Source: Bdellovibrionota bacterium
Lineage (GTDB): Bacteria > Bdellovibrionota_C > UBA2361 > JBIIDM01
Reading direction: 5' to 3'
Assembly (NCBI GenBank): GCA_044238365.1
Contig: JBIIDM010000001.1
Span: 8,769 to 72,768, forward strand
DNA: 64,000 nucleotides
Each line of letters starts with the position of its first letter. Positions within the stretch are counted from its first letter, which is position 1. Below, piece by piece: positions 1 to 9,145 of the stretch. Below the pieces are notes generated by a model. The model saw only the letters and a list, made by a program, of their open reading frames with translations, made no database searches and was not told where the DNA came from. A program made the position numbers and the translations under genes.

Positions 1-687
1 CATTGCAGTGGTCACCAAAGTCATATGAAACGGCGGCTCCGGGAGAGACTCCCGGTGAAATGCCAGCCACTCCCCAATTTCCGGCGGTACTGCTAAAAAT
101 GGACCGGTGTATTGTTGCGCAATTGCTGCCCATGCAGGCGGAAGGTCAGAACCGGGAACCCCTCCAACGCCTACTCCGACGCCCGTCGTAACGACGCCAG
201 GCGCGCCACCACCAGGTGCGCCACCGCCAGGCGCGCCACCGCCAGGCGCGCCACCACCAGGCGCGCCACCACCAGGCGCGCCACCACCAGCGACTATTCC
301 ATTTGGTCCAGCAGAACCAAGCACTATTCCAAACGCCTGCGTGGTTGCCGGAGGCTGCTCACTGGCGCCCTCTATGTAGTACTCCATCTGTAACCGCTCA
401 AGGCGAACTCCCTGGGTGGTAATGTTATTGCGAACAGTCAAACAACTCTGGGATCCGATTACAGCCCCCTCAAGATTATCTGCATTGCTAAGTGACACGA
501 CAACGCCACCTGAAAATACGTCGGGCTGACATACTTTAGATGCATCTACACTATTATAGGAAGTCATTGTAACCGACATACCCTGATCGTTCGTCGCCCC
601 GCCCCCGCCGCATCCCGCTGACGCGAGAAGCAAAGAAGCTAAAAGTGCCTGAGAACTGTATTGTTTCTTACTCGTTAAACTTTTCAT
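1..687 (-). CDS. Lipoprotein with a Gly-rich (GGAPG)n repeat, immediately downstream of pilQ. The 5' end is at 687 and the gene runs off the left edge of the window.
   Basis: I translated the minus strand myself. ATG at 687-685 sits 9 nt after a GGGGG Shine-Dalgarno-like motif that directly follows the pilQ stop. The N-terminus MKSLTSKKQYSSQALLASLLLASAGCGG is a classic lipoprotein signal with lipobox. The frame stays open with no stop all the way to position 1. It contains (GGAPG)x6 encoded by a 15-bp tandem repeat. The plus-strand ORF 107..379 (Pro-rich) has no signal or RBS and is rejected. Confidence 0.55.
   Translation of the reverse strand, partial: MKSLTSKKQYSSQALLASLLLASAGCGGGGATNDQGMSVTMTSYNSVDASKVCQPDVFSGGVVVSLSNADNLEGAVIGSQSCLTVRNNITTQGVRLERLQMEYYIEGASEQPPATTQAFGIVLGSAGPNGIVAGGGAPGGGAPGGGAPGGGAPGGGAPGGGAPGVVTTGVGVGVGGVPGSDLPPAWAAIAQQYTGPFLAVPPEIGEWLAFHRESLPEPPFHMTLVTTAM
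197..289. repeat. Tandem repeat, 6 units of 15 bp (ccaggcgcgccaccR), each containing a GGCGCGCC core.
   Basis: Direct reading gives units at 197, 212, 227, 242, 257 and 272. It encodes a Gly-Gly-Ala-Pro-Gly repeat in the minus-strand lipoprotein. Confidence 0.9.
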
Positions 688-702
688 CCTGAGTCCCCCT
701 AA

Positions 703-3225
703 TTAAATCGTCGCTTTCATTGCGGCATCATCAAAACTACCTTCGACAATGCGCGGAGTAACAAAGAATAGCAGTTCTTCATCTTTGTTAGTTCCATTTG
801 CTCTTCTAAAAAATGTCCCAAGTACTGGAATATCTTTAAAAAACGGCAATCCATTAAGGTCAGTCTGATCCGTTGTCTTGTATATTCCTCCGAGGGCAAA
901 AGTCTGCCCGCTGGAGATAAGGACCGATGAACGAGCACTTCTCTCAACTTCAGACGGAATCCCGTCTACTGACTGATTACCAAGTGTACTTGACTTCGCA
1001 TTCAGGTCGAGAAGTACATAATAATCGGGTGAAGCCTGGGGTGTAACAGTGAGAACAATACCAATTTCTATTGTCTCGGTAGCCGAATTTCCTTGACCTG
1101 CTGCACTTGCACCTTGTCCAGTCGCTACCGATACCCCCCCTTGTGGAAGTCGAATTCTTATCTTTTCAATGCTCTTGATAACCGCTGGTTTATTGTTGGT
1201 TGTCGCTACCGCCGGACGACTAATTATTCTTACCGTTCCTTCCTGCTCCAGCGCCGTCACAACGTCACTTAAGCTCTTGGTTCCATCGGCACTTCCCAAA
1301 AGTAAACTTACTGCATTGGTCGTTGATGCCGCAGCGTTATTCAACGTTCCTCCGATCTGCACGCTATTAGGAAATGATGAGCCGGTTGCGTTTCCGGTCT
1401 GAGGCGATTGTATGAAATTAAACCCCAACTGCGATCCGATATCCCTCAAAAGATTCCGAGTGGCTTCAACAATCTGCGTTTCAAGCAAGACTTGCGGAGT
1501 CCGCAAGTCAATCTTTGAAACAAGTTCCGCAACATTTGTCAGCCCACGTTTAGTGTCTCGTACGATTATCTGGTTAGTACGTTCATCGTAGCTGACCAGT
1601 CCCCTTTCGGTAACAACGCTATCAACCAGGGGCTTAAGCTCGGCAGCCCGCGCGTAGCTAACTCTCAGGTATTTTACATCTAACTCCTCGAGTTGCTCCT
1701 CTGCCTCCCTAGCTTGCTTTAATGCCTCTCTCTCATTCTTTAACCGCTCAACCGGCGCGATTCTAACTACATTTCCCTCTTGAACCTTATCTAGACCATT
1801 GGTCTTTAGTATAACGTCCAAAGCCTGGTCCCAAGGAACGTCAATGAGCCTAAGCGTAACCTTGCCAGTAACATCTTCACTCGCTATGATGTTGAGATTA
1901 GATACCTCGGCGATGATTCTTAAGGCATTGTCGATATCGGTTTCCTGCAAGTCCAGGGAGATAAGCCGTCCTGTATACTTCGGCTGATCTCCAAGGAATT
2001 TTTGAAAGTCGGGACCTTCAGAACTTCCACCCGTCGGAACAATATCAGCATCACTTGCGGGAGCTGCTTCGGGTACGTCCTTGGAAGCCGCTGCCTCTGT
2101 TAAGGCTTCAGGTTTTGCCTGCGCTCGAACATCATCGCGACCCTCGACACTCGACATAATGGACAGACTTCCATCCTGCTCAGGACTTACGTCGATGCGG
2201 CTTTCAGGCTTGGCGAATATCCTCAAAACTGTGTCACTACCTTCAGTAGTTGCTCTCACAGCCCTAATTAGCCCCTCTGAGCTTTTCGAAATAACCGGAG
2301 TTGGCGTGGACTGTTCGACTGAAGTACCAAAAATCCTGACAATGAACTCTGAAGGAGCCGTTCGGCTAACCTTGTACATAGGGGAAATTGTCGACGTCTT
2401 TGCTATAATCGTGTTGCTACCTCCCAGGGCCTCGACTATTTTCAGGTCGGTAAGAGCGCCAGTGTTTCTCGCCGTATCATTGGTTATGGAAGCTACTTCA
2501 GGAGTTGCCGATTGGATATCATCTGTTTCTAGCTTCGCATTATCATGTCCAACCTTCTCGGAGGTTATTGTTTCATGGATTGCCGGAATATTCAAAGCCG
2601 GAGTCGTCGTCGAAAGCGCGATCATGTCCGTTGCGACCTCACTCGCTGTCACTTTCGGCTGATACGCAGCATCACGAACCGTAACGATCAACCCGCCGGT
2701 TACCTCAGTGATTTCCGATCGCACACTCCCTACCCCTCCTGGAGTCAGCTCTATCACGACTCGAGTTGCCCCAAGCTTAGCTAAATGGCTTCCCGACGCG
2801 ACTCTTACGTCCTTGATAAACCGAGATCCTTGAACGCCGCCAGAAAGAGGCTGCAACGCAACCTTCTCCTTAAAGTCAAGTACTATTCGGTCCGGATTAG
2901 TCAGCTTGGTGCTTTCTAACTTACCAAATTTCGCCGCACCTGCTATAAAAATGCGATCGATATTGGCGCCTCTTAACAGCGTTATTTGCGAGGAATCCTC
3001 TCCTGAAGAGAATAAATCAGTTACCCCTTCGAGCTCACCTGCTCGAGCTAAATAGGTCGAACTAATCGTACCAATACCATCCGTCTTTAAATGGCTACTA
3101 TCGCTAATGCTTTGCGAAGGCATTCCTTTCTCATTCCTCGTTGTAGCACAACTAAAGAGCAAGGATGCGGAAGCGCAAACTACCACTGCACGATTTATCC
3201 GTCTGCTCACGTCACGTGATCTCAT
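703..3225 (-). CDS. pilQ: Type IV pilus secretin PilQ.
   Basis: 840 aa. The N-terminal signal/lipobox-like segment (LLFSCATT) is followed by AMIN-like repeats. The C-terminal secretin domain is present (VVRIAPVERL ... GLPFFKDIPVLGTFF ... VTPRIV). A GGGAGAG RBS precedes the ATG. It lies downstream of pilMNO. Confidence 0.9.
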   Translation of the reverse strand: MRSRDVSRRINRAVVVCASASLLFSCATTRNEKGMPSQSISDSSHLKTDGIGTISSTYLARAGELEGVTDLFSSGEDSSQITLLRGANIDRIFIAGAAKFGKLESTKLTNPDRIVLDFKEKVALQPLSGGVQGSRFIKDVRVASGSHLAKLGATRVVIELTPGGVGSVRSEITEVTGGLIVTVRDAAYQPKVTASEVATDMIALSTTTPALNIPAIHETITSEKVGHDNAKLETDDIQSATPEVASITNDTARNTGALTDLKIVEALGGSNTIIAKTSTISPMYKVSRTAPSEFIVRIFGTSVEQSTPTPVISKSSEGLIRAVRATTEGSDTVLRIFAKPESRIDVSPEQDGSLSIMSSVEGRDDVRAQAKPEALTEAAASKDVPEAAPASDADIVPTGGSSEGPDFQKFLGDQPKYTGRLISLDLQETDIDNALRIIAEVSNLNIIASEDVTGKVTLRLIDVPWDQALDVILKTNGLDKVQEGNVVRIAPVERLKNEREALKQAREAEEQLEELDVKYLRVSYARAAELKPLVDSVVTERGLVSYDERTNQIIVRDTKRGLTNVAELVSKIDLRTPQVLLETQIVEATRNLLRDIGSQLGFNFIQSPQTGNATGSSFPNSVQIGGTLNNAAASTTNAVSLLLGSADGTKSLSDVVTALEQEGTVRIISRPAVATTNNKPAVIKSIEKIRIRLPQGGVSVATGQGASAAGQGNSATETIEIGIVLTVTPQASPDYYVLLDLNAKSSTLGNQSVDGIPSEVERSARSSVLISSGQTFALGGIYKTTDQTDLNGLPFFKDIPVLGTFFRRANGTNKDEELLFFVTPRIVEGSFDDAAMKATI

Positions 3226-3765
3226 GAATTCTCTCCCTTCAAACGAAACTTCCTATTCAGCCGAGGGGAATCTACAGACTTTCATTACAAGTCGGTAAAA
3301 GCCACTCCAAACCGATTATTCAACTATTGACACTTGTCTAATTACGACACACTTCTTTTGCTGTACAACCGACCAATAGACTAAAACCTAATGGCTAAAT
3401 CAATTCCCACCTTAAATGCAGTCTGCCAACGTTACCATCGCGATAAGCGCCGCCAATTTCTCCTACTAGAAAACCGCCCTAGCCTGAGTACGCGCACCAG
3501 AAGTACATTTTGGAATCGAACAACTACAAACAATTAAAAATAACTTTCTTGACTCTAAAGCATTAGATCTCTCGTGACCACTATCTTTTTTTGTTTAAGA
3601 AAAAAAATCAGCGCCACGTCCAATAAAACTTCGTTCTTATCTATGTTTCTTAGCGCGATGACGATCAAATTTGCATTAAATGAAGGCTCCCAGACGCGCA
3701 GTCGACAAAAAGCCTTGCATGCTCAAGAGTGTGAGTGCAATGGCTGGATTTGTTAAAAATAGCTA

Positions 3766-4404
3766 CTACTCTCTTGGTCCCTTAGCTCCCTTTAACTTCG
3801 CTTCTTTTTCTTCCTCAAGCTTCTTTTTTTCCTCTGCAGTCAACTGTCTAAATGTAGTTACCAGGCACGATGTTCTCACCTTCATACTTCCCGGAATTCC
3901 CGTTAGTGGATTCTCCATGGATATTTTTGTAATATTCACTATACGATCTAACCGACCTACTTCGTCAAAAAATGTAGCAACTTGATGGTATGTTCCCAAG
4001 ACTTCAACGCTCACAGGTAATTCTACATAGAAATCTTTCGCTACTTCGTTCTCCTTTTTCCAGAGCTGAATATCAAGTCCTGCTGATTTTGCTAAACCGG
4101 ACAACGTAGAAAGCAACCTACCCATCTCTTCCATCTCCGGTAACTCCCTTTCTGCAGCAGCCACCCGATCTTCGAGCTTTCCCTTCAAATCTTTAAGATA
4201 TTTGAGATGTTTTTGCTTAATTTTAGCCTCTGCGACGTCCGATTTGAGTTTTTGCACTCGCTCGTTCATTTCGTATATTTCAGTTATAAACGCCGAAAGA
4301 ACAAAATAATACGAAAAAAAGCTAATGAATAAAATACTTCCAATCCATCCAGCTATGAGATGAGACTTGGGTCTCTCACTCAGACTATCGATAATATCAG
4401 CCAT
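3766..4404 (-). CDS. pilO: Type IV pilus assembly protein PilO.
   Basis: 212 aa with an N-terminal TM segment, then a coiled coil, then a conserved PilO-like core (YHQVATFFDEVGRLDRIVNI). It overlaps pilN by 8 nt, indicating translational coupling. Confidence 0.75.
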   Translation of the reverse strand: MADIIDSLSERPKSHLIAGWIGSILFISFFSYYFVLSAFITEIYEMNERVQKLKSDVAEAKIKQKHLKYLKDLKGKLEDRVAAAERELPEMEEMGRLLSTLSGLAKSAGLDIQLWKKENEVAKDFYVELPVSVEVLGTYHQVATFFDEVGRLDRIVNITKISMENPLTGIPGSMKVRTSCLVTTFRQLTAEEKKKLEEEKEAKLKGAKGPRE

Positions 4405-5035
4405 TTTTGTCCTTCAGCTCTTTAACAGTGACATCCTTGCCAGTGGACTTTGGCTTGCCGGCGCCCTCAAAACTGACAGCTGCTTCTATTAGAAACTTCG
4501 AGACCTTGATGTCCTTAAAGTCCTCTTGTGTAATTTCCACGATGGTCACCTTTGGAAAAAAGTCAGACTGCCCCAAGTCCTCCACGAACATTGAAACCAG
4601 GTCATTCTCCAGTGCATAACCGCTTATTTTCATTCCACCATCTGACGATTCGGAAATTTCACTGAGCCATGACTTATCGGGAATCGCTAAATTTATGCTG
4701 TCAAGAACCTGGACCGGGCCCTTTTTGCTCTTCTTTAACTGAGCGATGATCTGTAGCCTCTTCTTCAACTCATCTCGTTGTTTTTCGAGATTTGCGACCG
4801 CGGAGGTGTCTTTCTCTAATAATGCCTTTCTCTTGTTTAGATCGTCTTCTTGCGCACTCAATTCACTAAGAGCCGATCCGTAAGAAAAAACCAGGAAGAC
4901 TACTAATGAGATTACGCCTAAAATAGACATACCGGACAGCAAAAGATAGAGTTTGAATTTCGCTCTGTCTTTTCCCTCTTCTTTGATTAAATTTATACGA
5001 ATCACTCGTATCCTCCAAAAAAAACTAGGTATCAA
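4397..5035 (-). CDS. pilN: Type IV pilus assembly protein PilN.
   Basis: 212 aa with the N-terminal motif RINLIKEE (PilN INLLP-like), a single TM segment and a coiled coil. It lies between pilM and pilO. Confidence 0.75.
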   Translation of the reverse strand: MIPSFFWRIRVIRINLIKEEGKDRAKFKLYLLLSGMSILGVISLVVFLVFSYGSALSELSAQEDDLNKRKALLEKDTSAVANLEKQRDELKKRLQIIAQLKKSKKGPVQVLDSINLAIPDKSWLSEISESSDGGMKISGYALENDLVSMFVEDLGQSDFFPKVTIVEITQEDFKDIKVSKFLIEAAVSFEGAGKPKSTGKDVTVKELKDKNG

Positions 5036-5048
5036 AACAGATATTCTC

Positions 5049-6110
5049 CTAGTCTACTGACTCCTGGCGATCACCAAAAGATCTCTGAGCTAGGCCTACA
5101 GTCTGAGCAAACTGACTACACCGACTTATCAATTGGTCCTTATCCAATCCATCTGCAAAATTAACGCGGGTAAAGGGATCTAATATTGAAACATCACACC
5201 CCAGCTCTTCCCTCAACTTCTCAATCAAACCACCTAACAAACTAGTTCCTCCACTAAGTAAGACATTATCGATGCCCCCCTCAGCGCCCGAGGCATTCCA
5301 AAAATAACTCAGCTGCCTGCTAAGCTCCGAAACAGAATGTTCCACGAACTCTTCTACAATCAACGAAGCCTTTTCATCGGTGAGATTTAATTTTAATTTC
5401 TCCGCCTCTTCGATTGATATCTCCATCTCTTTTGAAATCTCCTCTGAAATAGTTTTTCCTCCGAGCGATATATCTCCTGCAAAAAGGCAATTTCCACCTC
5501 GGCAGATGTTGATTCCAGTGTATCTACCCCCTATATTGACCAGTGAAACTGTTTTTTCGACTAGAGAAGGATAGTTAAACTCAAAGCAGTTTTGCAAAGC
5601 AAACTGATCAACATCAACAATCCCGACGCTTAAACCTGCCTCATCAAATACTTCCACAAAGCGATCCACAACATCTTTCTTAACTGCAACTATCATAACT
5701 TCGTAATGATTCTTTCCTGCTTTGCCGATTACATGAAAATCAAGATAAACACTGTCTGCACCATGAGGAATAAAATTTGGAGCTTCAAATTCAATATGCT
5801 CACGCATTTCTTCTAGGTCCATGACCGGCAACCTCTGCTTCTTAGTGAATACACTAGGAGCAGGAACAGCTGTAACGATTTTCTTGTCCTGCAGGGTATA
5901 CTTCTGAGAAATTTCTCGGAGTAGATCGGCCACCTTTTCTACTCTCGAAATGGTGTTCTGTGCAAACACGTCAAAGCCATATTCAAAGTGACCAAAATTC
6001 ATAATAGTTAAAGAGTCATCTGCCCCCCTATCAACATCAAGCAGTTTTATCGCTGTTGCCCCAATATCGATGGCGATATATTTGTGCCTCTTTTCGAAAA
6101 AATTAATCAT
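5049..6110 (-). CDS. pilM: Type IV pilus assembly ATPase-fold protein PilM.
   Basis: 353 aa with an actin-like/FtsA-like fold signature (IAIDIGATAIKLL, GGGTS-like C-terminal motifs). It is the first gene of the pilMNO-Q cluster. Confidence 0.85.
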   Translation of the reverse strand: MINFFEKRHKYIAIDIGATAIKLLDVDRGADDSLTIMNFGHFEYGFDVFAQNTISRVEKVADLLREISQKYTLQDKKIVTAVPAPSVFTKKQRLPVMDLEEMREHIEFEAPNFIPHGADSVYLDFHVIGKAGKNHYEVMIVAVKKDVVDRFVEVFDEAGLSVGIVDVDQFALQNCFEFNYPSLVEKTVSLVNIGGRYTGINICRGGNCLFAGDISLGGKTISEEISKEMEISIEEAEKLKLNLTDEKASLIVEEFVEHSVSELSRQLSYFWNASGAEGGIDNVLLSGGTSLLGGLIEKLREELGCDVSILDPFTRVNFADGLDKDQLISRCSQFAQTVGLAQRSFGDRQESVD

Positions 6111-6486
6111 GGGGTAGCCTCGATTATATGCGTCCGTTTACTAGCCCGAATGAGGCCTGCTTCTATAGGATTCAGGGCACTATAGATCTGTCATGCTTTT
6201 TTAAACTTTAGACCTAAAAAGTACTAAAACAAACAGAGGTCAAAGAAATAAAAATACTCGATATGTTCAGCGTCTTGCCTAATTAGGCGTCTTTTTGTTA
6301 AGAATCAGGTATAACCCTCTCTAAGCCAACGAGCAAGCTAAGAATTGAGCGGTCCATTCAATCAAAAATGTAGCTAATAAGTAAGTTACCACGACTTTCA
6401 TCGCCTTGAACACGACAAAATGCTGAATTAGTGTATCATTTGCCTTCTGGAACATGCGCTAAGGCTGTTTACCACTTTCCCATCGG

Positions 6487-6569
6487 CTAACTTTGCAACC
6501 TAAGTTTCGGATAAGAAAAAAGGTAAGTGACTAAAGCAATTTTAGTCACTTACCTTTTTTCTTATCCGA
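6487..6569. repeat. Perfect 39-bp inverted repeat with a 5-nt loop (mini palindromic element). Its ends are related to the termini of the 180-bp MITE-like elements.
   Basis: The sequence aacctaagtttcggataagaaaaaaggtaagtgactaaa / gcaat / tttagtcacttaccttttttcttatccgaaacttaggtt was read directly. The arms resemble the element A/B terminus aacctgagttcgacgtaagaacaaaggtaa. Confidence 0.9.
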
Positions 6570-6688
6570 AACTTAGGTTGTCAGGTATTTTCCAGGTAGG
6601 GCGGCGTGTTAGAACACGTTTTGGAGCAGCTCAAATCTAAGGATGGCAATAATACAATTTTTTGGTGCTATATAGTGTCTACTCGATT

Positions 6689-8161
6689 CTAAGCCATTGA
6701 AGAGCGGGCTCGAAGGGCTGTTACCAGTTCTTGGGGAAGACCATCGAAGGAACCATTTGACATAAGGAGAACAATATCTCCCGTCCTTAGCTTAAGAAGA
6801 AGCGTTTTAATTATATCATCTACTGTAATGAGGGAGTACGCTTCCTTGCCGTGATTACGCAAGATTCCGGCTATCTCAGCCGTATTCAGGAGGTTCTCGA
6901 CCGAATCGTTATGTCGGGAAACCACTTCCTTTATAATGATTCCATCCGCAAACTTTAATGCTCGTTCGTATTCAGCCTGAAACACTCTGCGACGACTGGT
7001 ATTTGACCGCGGATCGAAAACAGCCCAGACCCTTGATTCCGGGTTGGCTGCCTTGACGCTTTTTAATGTTGCTGACACCGCTGAGGGATGATGGGCAAAA
7101 TCCTCAATTACCTGGACTTCCTGATCCTGATATAACATGGTAAGCCGTCGCTTTACGCCCTTAAAAGTTGAAATATGTCGAACAATATCCCCTAGGGGAA
7201 GTCCAATCGAAAGTAGGGAAACAATTCCTGCAGCAGCGTTAAGCGCATTATGAGAACCAATAAGCGGTATCCATACCGAAACCTCCTCTTTGGCTGCACC
7301 GGAGATGACGAAAGAAGTCCCAGCTTTATCTATTTTGATATTACCAATCCTCCAGTCGTTCGCAACCTCCTGACCATACGTTACCAGCCTTGCCGCGGAG
7401 CTCCTTCTCCATTTAGGTAAAAGAGACTTTATAGTTTCGTCATCCCCACACAATACGACCAAATCACCACTCGAGCGGCTGGACACCAAGCTGTCAAAGA
7501 CTTCAACAATGGCATTTAAATCCGAATAAATGTCAGCATGATCATATTCGATGGATGTTATAATCAGAATTCGTGGATCGTAAAAACTAAACTTTGGCAC
7601 CTTCGCAAAAAAGACCGAGTCGTACTCATCCCCTTCCAGCACTGTTTCACGTCCAGTACCGACACAAAGACTCCTATTCAGCCCCTCGATTTTAGCACCT
7701 ACGAAATAACCAGGTACACGATCTGCTTTCATTAAGATATGCGCAACAAGGGATGTTGTTGTTGATTTTCCGTGCGTCCCCGAAACAACAATCGGAAATC
7801 TCTCATTCACCAACAGATCGGCAAGGCAGGAGGGAAAACAAGTATAATTCAACTTCTGCATTTCTACATGCTGAACCTCTGGATTATCCGCACTTACCGA
7901 ATTTCCAATAATAACCAGCGATGCGTCGCCTGGAATATTATCTTTGTCGTAGTGATTAAATAGCGAAATGGCACTTTCCCGCAGAAGTGATGCCATGGGA
8001 TCATAAAATTCTTTATCACTCCCAGAAATCATAAATCCTAAATCTGCCAAGACCAAACCAAGTTGCCCCATCGCAACACCACAAATGCCGATGATATGAA
8101 TCTTTCCACCCTTGTTTACATTCTGAAGTTCCGTAACGCCACTAACACTAAAATAGACCAT
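6689..8161 (-). CDS. mpl: UDP-N-acetylmuramate:L-alanyl-gamma-D-glutamyl-meso-DAP ligase (murein peptide ligase, Mur ligase family).
   Basis: Mur-ligase N-terminus KIHIIGICGVAMGQLGLVLADLG is Mpl-like rather than MurC-like. A GTHGKSTT P-loop is present. The likely start is the internal Met (MVYFSV) at 8161, which removes the overlap with the upstream gene. The ORF track gives 6689..8197. Confidence 0.6.
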   Translation of the reverse strand: MVYFSVSGVTELQNVNKGGKIHIIGICGVAMGQLGLVLADLGFMISGSDKEFYDPMASLLRESAISLFNHYDKDNIPGDASLVIIGNSVSADNPEVQHVEMQKLNYTCFPSCLADLLVNERFPIVVSGTHGKSTTTSLVAHILMKADRVPGYFVGAKIEGLNRSLCVGTGRETVLEGDEYDSVFFAKVPKFSFYDPRILIITSIEYDHADIYSDLNAIVEVFDSLVSSRSSGDLVVLCGDDETIKSLLPKWRRSSAARLVTYGQEVANDWRIGNIKIDKAGTSFVISGAAKEEVSVWIPLIGSHNALNAAAGIVSLLSIGLPLGDIVRHISTFKGVKRRLTMLYQDQEVQVIEDFAHHPSAVSATLKSVKAANPESRVWAVFDPRSNTSRRRVFQAEYERALKFADGIIIKEVVSRHNDSVENLLNTAEIAGILRNHGKEAYSLITVDDIIKTLLLKLRTGDIVLLMSNGSFDGLPQELVTALRARSSMA

Positions 8162-8162
8162 A

Positions 8163-8816
8163 CTATTCCCCAATAAATTTCTCGTATAACTGCGCATATT
8201 CGATGTCTAACGCGTCATATCTTCGTTTCAGTTGAAAATAATGATCATTTCCCTTCGCTATCTGCGCTAACAGATCACCTATTTGCTCCTGTGAGTAAAG
8301 TAGTTCTTCTTGCATATCGTTTAGAAGCCGCGTTTGATCTTCTGTCATGGCTACCTCACTTCTAAGTTTCTCCAAGATACTCAGAGACTCATTAATCTGG
8401 TCCTTTAACGCTTCGTTGCGGAGCCTTAGCTCTTCCTCCCGGCCTTTAAGAATGTTAAGCTCTCCCTTGCTCTCGACTTCGCTGGCATCAAGTTCTCGTT
8501 CTGTTTCATCAAGCTCTCGCAGCCTCAGCTCAACGGATTCAAGTTCAACTTTTGCTATTGCAGCCCTACCTCTCTCCGCCTGTATAATATCTCCATGCTC
8601 GACAATCGACGAAACAACTACTTTCATCTCGTCAAATGGTACCAGATGCCCCTTAAATAACTCTATTCGGTCTATTACACCTTTACGTTCGACTAATATA
8701 TCACTTAAGCGTTGAAACTGATGACCCTGAGCATCCACCTTTCTCTTTGCAAAAAACCAGAAGATCCCAACAAGGAGTAGCGTTTCCACTAGTGCACATA
8801 TCAATATTAGAATCAT
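8163..8816 (-). CDS. Hypothetical membrane-anchored coiled-coil protein.
   Basis: 217 aa with an N-terminal TM segment (LICALVETLLLVGIFWFF) and a long heptad-rich E/L/R region. No recognisable enzymatic motif. Confidence 0.45.
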   Translation of the reverse strand: MILILICALVETLLLVGIFWFFAKRKVDAQGHQFQRLSDILVERKGVIDRIELFKGHLVPFDEMKVVVSSIVEHGDIIQAERGRAAIAKVELESVELRLRELDETERELDASEVESKGELNILKGREEELRLRNEALKDQINESLSILEKLRSEVAMTEDQTRLLNDMQEELLYSQEQIGDLLAQIAKGNDHYFQLKRRYDALDIEYAQLYEKFIGE

Positions 8817-8832
8817 AGGACATGTATTTAAT

Positions 8833-9008
8833 AACCTGAGTTCAACGTAAGAACAAAGGTAACTGGTTGAAATTGCTTTACAAACGAGGTGAGAGTGATA
8901 TCAAAGCGCAGGCTGAAGCTTGTTACGTCGAGCATTTTATATCATGAGCAACGAAGTGGATGAAGTAATTTCATCCATTTACCTCAGTTCTTACGTCTAA
9001 CTCAGGTT
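8833..9008. mobile_element. MITE-like palindromic repeat element, copy A (~176 bp, non-coding).
   Basis: Terminal inverted repeats aacctgagttcaacgtaagaac ... gttcttacgtctaactcaggtt enclose an internal imperfect palindrome. It is about 90% identical to copy B at 18979-19160. It is intergenic, between the coiled-coil gene start and the VWA gene end. Confidence 0.8.
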
Positions 9009-9145
9009 ATAAAATTCAGAGCTCAAAAAGGTGCTCAATCTACTAAAGATTATTCACGAAACGAGCCCCCATGGTGGTATGAAGTCCCTTGAAGGTGACG
9101 GATTCTGAATAATCCCAGCTAAAACCGTATCACACTTTGATAAGA

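Noticed and set aside
107-379. Plus-strand 90-aa ORF encoding a Pro-rich (PPGAP)n peptide, plus overlapping ORFs 112..393 and 216..422.
   Set aside because: The same tandem repeat reads as (GGAPG)n on the minus strand. There it is part of a long open frame with a textbook lipoprotein signal peptide and an RBS placed right after pilQ. The plus-strand ORFs lack a signal, an RBS and any context.
717-3298. Multiple short ORFs inside or antisense to pilQ (717..947-, 1169..1402+, 1799..1987+, 2081..2662+, 2545..2784+, 3107..3298+).
   Set aside because: They are fully embedded in the strongly supported 840-aa secretin gene. They are typical antisense or alternative-frame artefacts.
3226-3765. Looked for a degenerate pilP (pseudogene) in the pilO-pilQ gap.
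   Set aside because: All three minus-strand frames were translated by hand. They give only peptides shorter than 15 aa separated by stops, and nothing PilP-like. The region is treated as non-coding and reported as a finding instead.
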